The notes below the pieces were generated by a model that was not told where the DNA came from, made no database searches, and was given only the letters and a program-made list of their open reading frames with translations. This document shows, piece by piece, positions 38,301-46,065 of a stretch of 64,000 nt of DNA; positions within the stretch are counted from its first letter, which is position 1; every line of letters begins with the position of its first letter. The translations under genes were made by a program, and so were the position numbers. Origin of the DNA: Deltaproteobacteria bacterium (GTDB lineage Bacteria; Myxococcota_A; Polyangia; Fen-1088); NCBI GenBank assembly GCA_033763315.1, contig JANRKS010000020.1, positions 32,001 through 96,000 of the forward strand, in the 5' to 3' direction.

Positions 38301-39222
38301 TGGACTTTTCGGTTACGTCTTGGCTCCTCTCGGGGATTTCGACTCGGATGGCATAGACGATTTGGCAATAGGAAATCCAACCTATGCCAGCAAAGGCCGG
38401 GTAGTGATTCTCCGTGGCTCCAAGTCTATGCCCGACACGGTATCGGTACCGGATGCTGCGAGGACCATACTGATCGACGGTTCGGCTGCTAACGGCCTCT
38501 TTGGCCTCAACTTGCAGGGTCTAGGCAAATTCTATTCTGGCGCAGGGGCGAGCCTCGTCGTTGGCGCTGACAGGGCCAACAGTGACGCCGGCAAAGTCTA
38601 CGTTTACAAGGGGCAGGCGGCGTTGTCTGGTTCGATTACTTCCTTCGATGCCAGTATTGACGGATCGCCGGGCAGTCGCTTGGGAGGGAATTTGGCAACG
38701 CTGGGACCAGTTAATGGCAGCACGAATGCCATCGGGCTGGCTTCGCTGTTCGCCGGAACCGGCGTCGTTCAATTGTACTTCGGCAACGAAACGGCAGGTC
38801 CCCTTGGTGGCACCTCAAAATCACTCACGAATGCGTCAGCGGTTGGTACGAACCAGTTCGGAATCGTCACCATCGGTGGGGCCTTCTCGGGTTCGGTGGC
38901 GGCATTTTCGCTGATAGGCAACGATGCTCCTGATATCGTTGTCGCTCCAACCCGCGAAGGCTCGGCTCCAGGCAAGCTCTATGTTTTGGATGGCTCGCAA
39001 TTGGGTAGCTTGGCGGCGTCCTCCGACGTAACGACCGCGGGAATAGCGTCCGTGGTATTGCCTTTGCCCAACGGCGAGAATGGAACGCGACCGTGGTTGG
39101 GGAATTCCAGCTTCAGTCGCCTCGTAAGGGATGTGGATGGTGATGGATACGTTGACCTTGCCATAGGCGAAGGCTCGTTGCCGGCATCCGACCGGCGTGG
39201 GCGAGTTCTTGTCTTCTGGTAA
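35356..39222 (+). CDS. Large surface lipoprotein with Ig-like, FN3 and FG-GAP (integrin-like) repeats
   Basis: GGAGG RBS, MRKVAL...VAGC lipobox; D.AGN repeats, LRWTAP.D (FN3), GDLNGDGRGDVIVG, GDFDSDGIDDLAIG, DVDGDGYVDLAIG. Confidence 0.85.
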   Translation: MRKVALAAAFLSATVVAGCGDDLPSNIDANVVVADGGGGNTGEGGVLPDAGCPSATFISPVPAAKLTAADDVDDQCKANGFQIDVKLAVGAPDGTPVTLLANNTPVGTPGVVTGGTVTFAGVSLATSGASALVAQIGNATGCTASNTVDINCSAVTCNITKPVISEAHPKLNDVPVAEGGDRVSSPGSDYQAAFEVTTNAGDNSVVQLQVRRADAPDAVVNVNATVLGGKANFPGVALRPDGAFQIQAVCRSGAVEGRSQLGTFTVDTAKPDLTVTSPIANQFYGPSTGPGDLDGKVVNGKFKVCASTMAADATNVGMAINGGKNLGAAIGTSAMTYVPVAVGGSAGSGCVELDCLGGAPFSVNVSLRDDAGNVATKSIAGVTCASALPGVQIVQPVSDSAPYTDPSKHLLAANATQAFKDNDPAIGGAQTLVVACTDKKLAKAKLFVGVEGGALDQVGSEVDVVDAVTGDGCPAGLGFVAKWPKATLRDSTMNTAGGLISPTQLRVEVTEVSSAKGQSPIVSLWVDSTAPTADPRTPACGTLIESTVDQTRELTLITSSALIKLVVTSNGAPAEYDPTSILGSVATFSNVLLKVGENVLTAVVRDPAGNQSGLSGAACAIKVGTPPIVNFVSPATNAKLCAVGGSGCVADADGATDGWQGTVTVSVTVAGTPATTGTVTLSKTGGDAIGTSNVVNGVATFSSVTIPEGTVAILAATSEYPSAGVGTTASAFTVDSKVPSAVASLSAEILTRRESSFKLRWTAPDDNGQPAAAYDIRVSEAPLTEGNFSAAEALTFAGVPAASGQAEALDVRGRKIEADYYFGVVPVDAAGNRGPLVKLDLPTRASFNRTILSPPSIDPDQTKEDEAGYSVSGYGDLNGDGRGDVIVGTRLGKRVLVYFGTAMFSPDAPSLTITGTSAGFGRHAMLVGDVVQNPDEPSSSSKPDLAVASSANKMFIFAGRTTWPATLSEADADFVIDGAGSSGLFGYVLAPLGDFDSDGIDDLAIGNPTYASKGRVVILRGSKSMPDTVSVPDAARTILIDGSAANGLFGLNLQGLGKFYSGAGASLVVGADRANSDAGKVYVYKGQAALSGSITSFDASIDGSPGSRLGGNLATLGPVNGSTNAIGLASLFAGTGVVQLYFGNETAGPLGGTSKSLTNASAVGTNQFGIVTIGGAFSGSVAAFSLIGNDAPDIVVAPTREGSAPGKLYVLDGSQLGSLAASSDVTTAGIASVVLPLPNGENGTRPWLGNSSFSRLVRDVDGDGYVDLAIGEGSLPASDRRGRVLVFW

Positions 39223-40999
39223 ACCAACGTTCTCCCACTTTTGTGCGGTCTTTACGGATGAGGACGGCGCAATGTGGGCCAGTCTCCCGGCGACGGCGAT
39301 ACGCGTTCGTTGGGAAGACTGGCCGGCAAATACCGCCACACATGCCCTTTATTCGGACGGTGATAGAATTTGCCTCGCAACTGGACGTGTAGATAACCTC
39401 AGCGACTTAGGGAAAACAGCAGGCATCAATGTCCCCTTTGGGACAAATCTTCCCTTCTGTATAGCGGCGCTGTACCGAAAATTGGGCAGCAGGCTGTTTG
39501 ACAAGATCGAAGGCGACTTATCGGTTGTAATTGGAGATCGTCCAAGCCGAAGTGTGCTTGCGTATCGAGACGCATTCGGCGTAGGACAACTATTTTCTTG
39601 GGAATCAGGGCGAACCCAGATTCTGTCTTCGTCCTGCGACCTTTTGCTTTCGCTATTGCCGCGGAGGCCAGCGATCGATGAAGTGACGGTGTGCGAATAC
39701 CTTTCGGGACGCCCTCGCTTCCTAGATCGCACTTACTTCAAGACGATACGTTCGATCAGGCCCGGTCATGTCGACGTGACATCCGGGGGCCGTCGGCAGA
39801 CCAGTTGCTCAACCCGCTTGACGCCCAAAGGCGACGCCGAGGAGAGCGACGTGATTTTCGCTCTACGGAAGTCCGTGTGGCATCGCCTTTTCGACACGCG
39901 GAGCGCAGTTGTTCATTTGAGCGGGGGTCTTGACTCATCAGCGATATCCGCTCTGGCGGATGCTTTGAAGAATGATGGTGAACTCCCTTCGACTGATCTC
40001 CACCTCCTTTCTTCTCTTTTCCCTGGGACGGCCTCGGATGAGAGCCGGGGGATACGGAGGACCTTGACGCAGCTCCGCTTGCCCTGGAAATCACGTGACG
40101 CGACATCCTTCCCATTCTTCTGCCCTTCAACGATTGCTCTCGATCGCCCATCGTTTCGCCCGTGGTTACTAAACCCCGATCCTACCGAGTTCGCCCTAGC
40201 CCGCGAAGTCCACGCAGAAGCGAGCTTAACTGGCTTCGGTGGTGACGAACTCTTCTATTCAGTCGGGGCGATAGCCGAGGCCTTGAAGGCTGGCCACCTA
40301 GCAACGTTCGCCAAACAGTTGTTTAGGTTTACTCGGTGGCACCATAGAGGTGCCGTTCTGGCGACTATCAGGGACGCATTACAGGCTGAGAAGCTTGGTA
40401 AATGGCCGTGCGCACCCGTAACACCTCCACCCGAGTGGTTGGCCCCAAATGCAAGACCTTACTGGGAAGAAATGAACCGGTCACCCGTCGACTATGCGAT
40501 CGAACCATCCGAAGCGACCGAGAACGTGACACTCAGTAGGATTTTCGGGCCATCTATGCTGCGATCAGCGCATTCGAGGACTTGGATTGGAGCTGAAAAT
40601 GGCGTTGCGATGAGATTTCCGTACCTTGAGAAGGACGTTGTCGAGACGGTCCTGGGATTGTCCCGACGCCCACCGAATGGCGATGCGCGCCATCTTCAAA
40701 GGAACATGCTCAAAACCCTCCTTCCTTTTGTCGGGGTCCAGAGGCGGAAGAAGACATCCGTAGGCCCGGTGATGTGGTCTAACCTTCGAAAAATACGAAC
40801 CGAAATCGCCGACTATTGGCGTTCCGATTGGCTGGTGGGGAGTTATGTCGAGCGCAGCTTCGTGGGGGCTGCGGACAAGGCACTGTCGAAAGTATTAGAT
40901 CCTGGCCCACATACGCCTGTCTGGAGTCTGCCAATCCTTAGGGTGCTTACGCTAGAAGCTTGGCTGCGAAGGATTTCTGGCTATAATAGACTGTCTTAA
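39197..40999 (+). CDS. Lasso peptide cyclase (asparagine synthetase-like, C protein)
   Basis: RDAFGVGQL, HLSGGLDSS, LTGFGGDELF, RFPYL.KDVVE; no N-terminal catalytic Cys of AsnB; immediately upstream of the precursor and B2; start could be ATG 39272. Confidence 0.85.
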   Translation: MGEFLSSGKPTFSHFCAVFTDEDGAMWASLPATAIRVRWEDWPANTATHALYSDGDRICLATGRVDNLSDLGKTAGINVPFGTNLPFCIAALYRKLGSRLFDKIEGDLSVVIGDRPSRSVLAYRDAFGVGQLFSWESGRTQILSSSCDLLLSLLPRRPAIDEVTVCEYLSGRPRFLDRTYFKTIRSIRPGHVDVTSGGRRQTSCSTRLTPKGDAEESDVIFALRKSVWHRLFDTRSAVVHLSGGLDSSAISALADALKNDGELPSTDLHLLSSLFPGTASDESRGIRRTLTQLRLPWKSRDATSFPFFCPSTIALDRPSFRPWLLNPDPTEFALAREVHAEASLTGFGGDELFYSVGAIAEALKAGHLATFAKQLFRFTRWHHRGAVLATIRDALQAEKLGKWPCAPVTPPPEWLAPNARPYWEEMNRSPVDYAIEPSEATENVTLSRIFGPSMLRSAHSRTWIGAENGVAMRFPYLEKDVVETVLGLSRRPPNGDARHLQRNMLKTLLPFVGVQRRKKTSVGPVMWSNLRKIRTEIADYWRSDWLVGSYVERSFVGAADKALSKVLDPGPHTPVWSLPILRVLTLEAWLRRISGYNRLS

Positions 41000-41017
41000 C
41001 TGATAGCGGAACCGCAT

Positions 41018-41185
41018 ATGACCAAGCAAAGCTCGAAGGCCAAGTCCGTCACTGAACTGAAAGAGAAATCCTACAGGGCTCCCGAGGTGAGGGCTGTGGG
41101 AAACCTAAAGGACTTAGTGTCAGGTGGACTGGGAACTGTCCAGGACGGAGGAGAGCTTCCAGGTGAGGATCGACAGGCTCAATAG
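41018..41185 (+). CDS. Lasso peptide precursor (55 aa)
   Basis: Hand translation: MTKQSSKAKSVTELKEKSYRAPEVRAVGNLKDLVS-GGLGTVQDGGELPGEDRQAQ; YxxPxVxxxG leader motif; Gly1 and Asp8 in the core. Confidence 0.85.
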   Translation: MTKQSSKAKSVTELKEKSYRAPEVRAVGNLKDLVSGGLGTVQDGGELPGEDRQAQ

Positions 41186-41197
41186 CAAAGGTGACTG

Positions 41198-41554
41198 TTG
41201 CTCAGAGCGGGCATCCTAGTGTGTCTGGTGGCGCCCTTGGTTGAAGCCTTGCGAAGGTCTTCTGATGCCGCCACTGCGCTTGGGATTTGTAGAGCCGTAG
41301 GACGTTATCAACCGACGAAGGAAGGAAGATTCAAGGACAGCCTCGCCCGATGTGTGTCGGGAGTGGATCTTCGGATGCCTGGAGGACCAAACTGTTTTCG
41401 GAGAGTACTTCTGCTCTCCGCATGTGATAGGTCTGCTGCGCTGACGTCGGTTAAATTCGGAATTGTGGCGGGTGGCGGGGCTAAGTCCGGTCACGCCTGG
41501 CTGGCATCTGAAAGTGTGGATGTAAGCCTCTACGACGCGGTCTTCGACCTATAG
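41198..41554 (+). CDS. Lasso peptide leader peptidase B2 (transglutaminase-like)
   Basis: NCFRR (cf. CLxRS), VKFGI, GHAWL; directly after the precursor. Confidence 0.8.
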   Translation: MLRAGILVCLVAPLVEALRRSSDAATALGICRAVGRYQPTKEGRFKDSLARCVSGVDLRMPGGPNCFRRVLLLSACDRSAALTSVKFGIVAGGGAKSGHAWLASESVDVSLYDAVFDL

Positions 41555-42570
41555 TTTCTGATCGCGGCTTGAAGACTGTCAAGGTTGCTTGGACTGTCGA
41601 GTGCCGCTGAACGGCAATTAGCAGCGAGGTGGCACGCGGACCTAAATGCCCCTATCAACGTGGGTGGTTGCGAAGTTCCGATAAAGAGATTCTGAAACAA
41701 CTCAGTAGCAGCTTCAAGGGGCGCAAGCTGTCGAAATCCGAACTCCTCTCTGTCGCTACGTCTCTGGGCGCTAATGTGCCATATCCACGAAAGCGGCTCC
41801 CACGAGTCGGTCGAAAGCACTGGGAATTCTAAGTACGAGTGGTGATCAGCTGCGAGGTGGGTTGCTGCGGCCCGAGCCCATTCCCGAACTTGGCTTTCAA
41901 ATGTAGAGGCCACAAGCGGCTGCGACTCCTTGTTAGCGGATCGGAGACCCTGTACTACGCAGAGATCCTCTGATACCAGCCTAGCTCCTTGGCTCTGAAA
42001 GGCACGTGCGAGTGTCGTCTTGCCGGCCCCACTGTGACCGACGGCCATAACGGTTTCTCCTTCCACTTGAAATGCGGAAGCGTGCACTACGAAGTGTCCC
42101 CGCGCGGAGAGCAACTTGGGTGCCACCGCTAGAAGCGCTCGATAGGCGAAGGACATTTGTCCCTCCAAAGGACCAGCGAGCCATCGAATGACGAAGTCTT
42201 CTTTTTCGATGTTTACGATTGCCGATTTTTCGAGCGTGAGTTCCCAGCAGTCCGCCTTTTCAACAAAGGAGAAGTCGCCGGTCCATCTCGCTCGTTCGAG
42301 GGGTACAAAGTCCAACAGGTGTGACAACAATGTCGAACTAATTCCGACCGCCTCCGGCAACGATACCTTCATCAACTCAGCTACCTGGGAGAAGGCAGCT
42401 TCCATGCTGGGAGAGCTTAGGAGCACCTTTATGACCAGCTGCGCCTCGTCATTGAGGCTGAAGAGCTCACCAGTCTCGGCATCAAGGAGTAGGGAATCGA
42501 GAGCCACAGATTGCAGAAAGAAGCGGCTCTTAAGGTCCTTGATTTCCATGTGAGGTTTCGATGTAGTCAT
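41530..42570 (-). CDS. RRE(PqqD)-fused HPr-kinase-like P-loop protein, candidate lasso tailoring kinase
   Basis: N-terminal LLLDAETGELFSLNDEAQLVIKVL (PqqD-like); VVHASA, GHSGAGKTT, LVSED. Confidence 0.75.
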   Translation of the reverse strand: MTTSKPHMEIKDLKSRFFLQSVALDSLLLDAETGELFSLNDEAQLVIKVLLSSPSMEAAFSQVAELMKVSLPEAVGISSTLLSHLLDFVPLERARWTGDFSFVEKADCWELTLEKSAIVNIEKEDFVIRWLAGPLEGQMSFAYRALLAVAPKLLSARGHFVVHASAFQVEGETVMAVGHSGAGKTTLARAFQSQGARLVSEDLCVVQGLRSANKESQPLVASTFESQVREWARAAATHLAADHHSYLEFPVLSTDSWEPLSWIWHISAQRRSDREEFGFRQLAPLEAATELFQNLFIGTSQPPTLIGAFRSACHLAANCRSAALDSPSNLDSLQAAIRNYRSKTAS

Positions 42571-42851
42571 TCGGGTTGGCCCGGTTGGATATCCAGCAAA
42601 CCCCAGGCTTGTAGTTTGCCAACCACCGACGACACATCGGAAGTTGCTGCCTCACCTCCGCCGCACTCATTCTTAACCTCTTTGATCAAGTCTTCGAGAG
42701 ATGTCGGCTTGGAGAGCATCCTCCATACGAAGTAAGCAGTCTCGTTGAGTTCCCAGCAGTCCCCCGAGCGCGCGTCAACGAGTACTGCTCCGGCGCTGGT
42801 TGGGCGGCTCAGGACGTTAGGATTGGTCTGATATCGCATCCGCACATTCAT
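42567..42851 (-). CDS. Stand-alone PqqD/RRE (lasso B1) protein
   Basis: AVLVDARSGDCWELNETAYFVWRML..P.SLEDLI...DV..VV.KL..WGLL; overlaps the kinase start. Confidence 0.85.
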   Translation of the reverse strand: MNVRMRYQTNPNVLSRPTSAGAVLVDARSGDCWELNETAYFVWRMLSKPTSLEDLIKEVKNECGGGEAATSDVSSVVGKLQAWGLLDIQPGQPE

Positions 42852-43671
42852 GGCTGTCAGCAAGGTCTTTAGCTCTTGACCCCTCCCATAGCGTGGCTAT
42901 CCCTGCAAGTTAACACTGCCGAAGCATCAGTTAGCGCCTGAGCGTTGGCACGATGAAGGCATTGACGTTGATCTCTCTCCTAGGATACCAGGAACCAGGG
43001 TGTTGTTGTAAGGCGAGGTGCATCCATCACCCCTTCACGCGATGGCCTCGCAGTCGGGCAATCAACCCGTCGGACGATTGATCCGGTGGTACTGCCTGCC
43101 GTTTTTAACGCTGGCTCGTGTTTGTACGGCTTGGCTCGCTGCCAATCAAACCAACTGCGAGGAGAGAGGACCTCACGCTGCAACAGTGCCCCAATCACTA
43201 GCAATGCCTCTTTACCTTGTCCTCCAGCACGACCCAAAAGATCGAAACAATACACTGGACGTTCGGCCGCGCGCAGGCTCGACGCTCCTCCATGACCGGT
43301 TCGGGCGAAGGCGCATCGCATCCTACCTAGAGCTGGTGGCGCGGTTCCTTACAAGAGAGGTGGGGGGCCCGGAGACGATGAAGAGACGTCCGCCTTGTTC
43401 GATGCGGCTCAGCTTGCCAACCCATGACGAAGCGCCCTACATCCGCGTCCGGGGGTTCACCGCTGCTTTGCCTGCCGTAATCGTCACCCCCTCGCGGACG
43501 ACTTGCACCCGAACGATGCCGGGGATGTGGTGTTGAGCCAGACTGATGGCCAGCCGTATCGAGCCTCCCCAACTGACGAAGATGAGGCGATCCGTCGTGC
43601 GGATGGCGCCCCCATTTCAAAGCTTCTTTGCACGAGCGCTCCGTGCGGCCGCTGCGCAAGAAAGACCCGCA

Positions 43672-44181
43672 TCAGCCCCCCAAGACATCGCGCACAGAAG
43701 CCGCCGTCAGGGCCGCCGCATGCCACTTCCGCAACAACGCAACGTCGCGGCTGCGTTCAATGCGTTCGCGCTCTTCTTCCAGCGGTTCCAATCCCCGTAG
43801 GCGCAGCACGGCGAGAACCGCTTGCGCTAGGCGATAGGCCTCTCCCTCCGCCTTGCCCTCCGCCTTGCCTTCCGCCTTGCCTTCGCTGTGGGCCCGTCGA
43901 AGGCTTTGGTCTTGGAATTGGTAGTTTTGTGGAATCATGTTCAAAGCCTTTTTGACTTGATCGCTCAGTGCAGCCCGGATGAGATCGTAATAATACATCG
44001 CCGTTCGACCGTCGGGCAGGCTCAGCGCCGCCTCGATGGCCGTGCGAGCTATCTTGACTGCGCGGGTCGTGTTTTTGTCGTGCCCGTGGCAGATCGCCGA
44101 AAGAACCGCTAACGCTGTGTTCTGTTCAGCTTGCGCCAAGTCCCCTACGGCAGGCATTTGGTCCGGCCCCAGGACAACACG
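43672..44181 (-). pseudogene. 5'-truncated remnant of an Rpn/transposase_31-like (EGKAEG-repeat) protein
   Basis: VLGPDQMP..., LAVLSAICHG, EGKAEGKAEGKAEG, VLRLRGL, L..W..AALTA.S; an in-frame stop lies just upstream, so the N-terminal domain is missing. Confidence 0.6.
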
Positions 44182-44350
44182 AGGAAGGCTGCTCTCGAAG
44201 CATTTCTACGATCGCTTGGTGTCGTTGCGACGGCACACCCGGTCTTCGGCACACGCTCGCAACTGTTGCTTACAAAACGCAACCGCCCTCAACACACTTA
44301 AGCGGTGGTATTCTTGGCGTTTCGAAACGAACGTCTTTAAGCGATATCAG

Positions 44351-45271
44351 ATGCCTCAAAGCAACGACGATCTCTTCTCCCGCAATCTCACGCACACCCA
44401 GCAGCTCTTGCGGGAGGCCGAGGAGGTGCTGCAACGGCTTGCTAGGAACCGCGCGGCCATGGCGCGGCCGCGCGTGATGGTTCCAGCTTTGGTCGAGCCG
44501 CCACCGCCCCACGTGCCCGAACCCCCACCGCCTTTGGAGCTCTTGGCCAAGCGGCGACGAGCGCCGAACGAAATAACGCATGAGGAACGAAGTGGTTTTA
44601 CGCGCCTTTTCGCCAAGCGCGGATTTATCGTCAATGCCGACCTGCGCGCTATTTCCGGGTTGGACGTGGCGCAGGCAAGCGTGCGTCTGCGTGTTTTCCG
44701 TAACGCAGAATTATTGCGACAAGATGGCCTTGGTTCCCTGACAAAATATTACCCCGGTCCACGGTGGCAGCCCCTAGAGCTGGAACCGCATGCCGCGCCC
44801 CCGCCCAATCCCGCTGAGATAAACGTCACCATTGGCACGCCACGCGATGTACAAGCGCTTGCAAATCTGCGCGCGCAACAGGTGCAACCAATGACCGTTG
44901 TTACATCAAGCGAGGCGTCAGGCAAAATCGAGAATTTATTGCGGCAGTTGCGCTCGCGCCGCAATGTTCTGCTTCTTGCATCCGATGTGGAGGGCAATCT
45001 CGTCGGTTATTTGCACTGCGGCTTGGACGAAAAACGGGGCGATCGCATCGGCTCTATCTATGCGTTCTATCTTGCCCCTGGTGCGCACCAGAACGCTCGG
45101 CTTCGTTTATTTGAAACCGCGAAGCGGTGGTTGACCCAACAAGGCGCCTTAAGGATTCGTGTGCAGGTGCCGCATGAGGCCTCGCCCGCGCAAGCCTTCT
45201 TTGCAGAGCAACAATTTAACCCCGCCAGCGTTGAAATGGAGCTGTTTGTGGGAGCCACGGTCAAGACGTAA
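44351..45271 (+). CDS. Winged-HTH plus GNAT acetyltransferase fusion protein
   Basis: IVNADLRAISGLDVAQAS.RL...LLRQDGLGSLTKY (wHTH-like); LVGYL...IYAFYLAP...LFETAKRWL...AQAFF (GNAT); ATG 44351. Confidence 0.6.
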   Translation: MPQSNDDLFSRNLTHTQQLLREAEEVLQRLARNRAAMARPRVMVPALVEPPPPHVPEPPPPLELLAKRRRAPNEITHEERSGFTRLFAKRGFIVNADLRAISGLDVAQASVRLRVFRNAELLRQDGLGSLTKYYPGPRWQPLELEPHAAPPPNPAEINVTIGTPRDVQALANLRAQQVQPMTVVTSSEASGKIENLLRQLRSRRNVLLLASDVEGNLVGYLHCGLDEKRGDRIGSIYAFYLAPGAHQNARLRLFETAKRWLTQQGALRIRVQVPHEASPAQAFFAEQQFNPASVEMELFVGATVKT

Positions 45272-45428
45272 CGGCCGGGCGCCTATGTGCACGAGTCGTG
45301 TTGCTGTCGCGCCCGTGACAGATTGCAGAAAGGACAGCCAAGCCTGAGACATTTCGGCGTTGAGATGGACCTTGTGGTCGCGCTTAAGGTCAAAAAGAAG
45401 CGCCCGCAGCCGCCTTGACGTTGCTGGT

Positions 45429-45998
45429 TTAACCTCGAAACACGGCATCAAGCGCGACGCTGACTTCAGCGAATGCAGGCCAGGTCAGTGATGAGGTGCT
45501 GCCCACCACTGCACTCTGTTGATAGCGGCCATCGACTGAATTCAATCGCCATTGCGTAACCGTACGCAGATCTGGATCCGCTACCCAGTATTCGGGAATG
45601 CCGAAACGTTCATAAAGGTGCAGCTTCAGCTGCAGATCGCGCTCTCCTGAACTTGGTGACAAAATCTCCACCACGAGATCCGGAACACCTTCGATGCCTC
45701 GGTTTGTGATGATGCCTTCGCGCGCCTTCGAAACAACCACGAGGTCTGGCTGCACCACGGTCTCGTCATCCAGCATAAGGTCGATGGGCGCGTCGAATAC
45801 CTGTGCAAGCCCTGTCTCCTCAAGTTGCTTCATAAGCGCAAACTGAAGACGGCGAGACACCGTCTGGTGGCGCGGAGCGGGGGCGGGGGTCACGTAGAAG
45901 TCTCCTTCGATAAGCTCGTGACGCTTGCCATCCTCGGGAAGCAGGCAGTACTCCCGGTATGTGAAGGGGCGGGGGCGTGGAGCCGACTGAGAACGCAC
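45429..45998 (-). CDS. Uma2-family (DUF820) endonuclease-like protein
   Basis: RHELIEG, PAPRHQ, VQPDL, PDLVVEILSPS, GIPEYWVADP. Confidence 0.92.
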   Translation of the reverse strand: MRSQSAPRPRPFTYREYCLLPEDGKRHELIEGDFYVTPAPAPRHQTVSRRLQFALMKQLEETGLAQVFDAPIDLMLDDETVVQPDLVVVSKAREGIITNRGIEGVPDLVVEILSPSSGERDLQLKLHLYERFGIPEYWVADPDLRTVTQWRLNSVDGRYQQSAVVGSTSSLTWPAFAEVSVALDAVFRG

Positions 45999-46065
45999 GT
46001 CCCAAGTCTAGCATAGGCAGGAGCGGGTCCCGCTCGACCCGTCGCCCCCCGCCATGTGCTTGCGC

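Noticed and set aside
39197-40999. Housekeeping asparagine synthetase AsnB
   Set aside because: No N-terminal Cys-Gly-Ile glutaminase start, and the precursor/B2/RRE context indicates a lasso cyclase.
42567-42851. PQQ biosynthesis locus
   Set aside because: No pqqB/C/E or radical SAM gene nearby; the PqqD fold is explained as an RRE.
43075-43135. Minus-strand YKHEPALKTAGSTTGS resembling a second lasso leader
   Set aside because: Spacing is YxxxP rather than YxxP, there is no nearby start codon or RBS, and no plausible short core follows; probably chance.
42864-43671. Several ORFs of 70-170 aa on both strands
   Set aside because: No recognisable motifs, RBS or consistent codon bias; treated as degenerate or intergenic DNA.
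43845-43885. 12-bp tandem DNA repeats (ccgccttgccct)
   Set aside because: They simply encode the EGKA repeats of the Rpn-like remnant.
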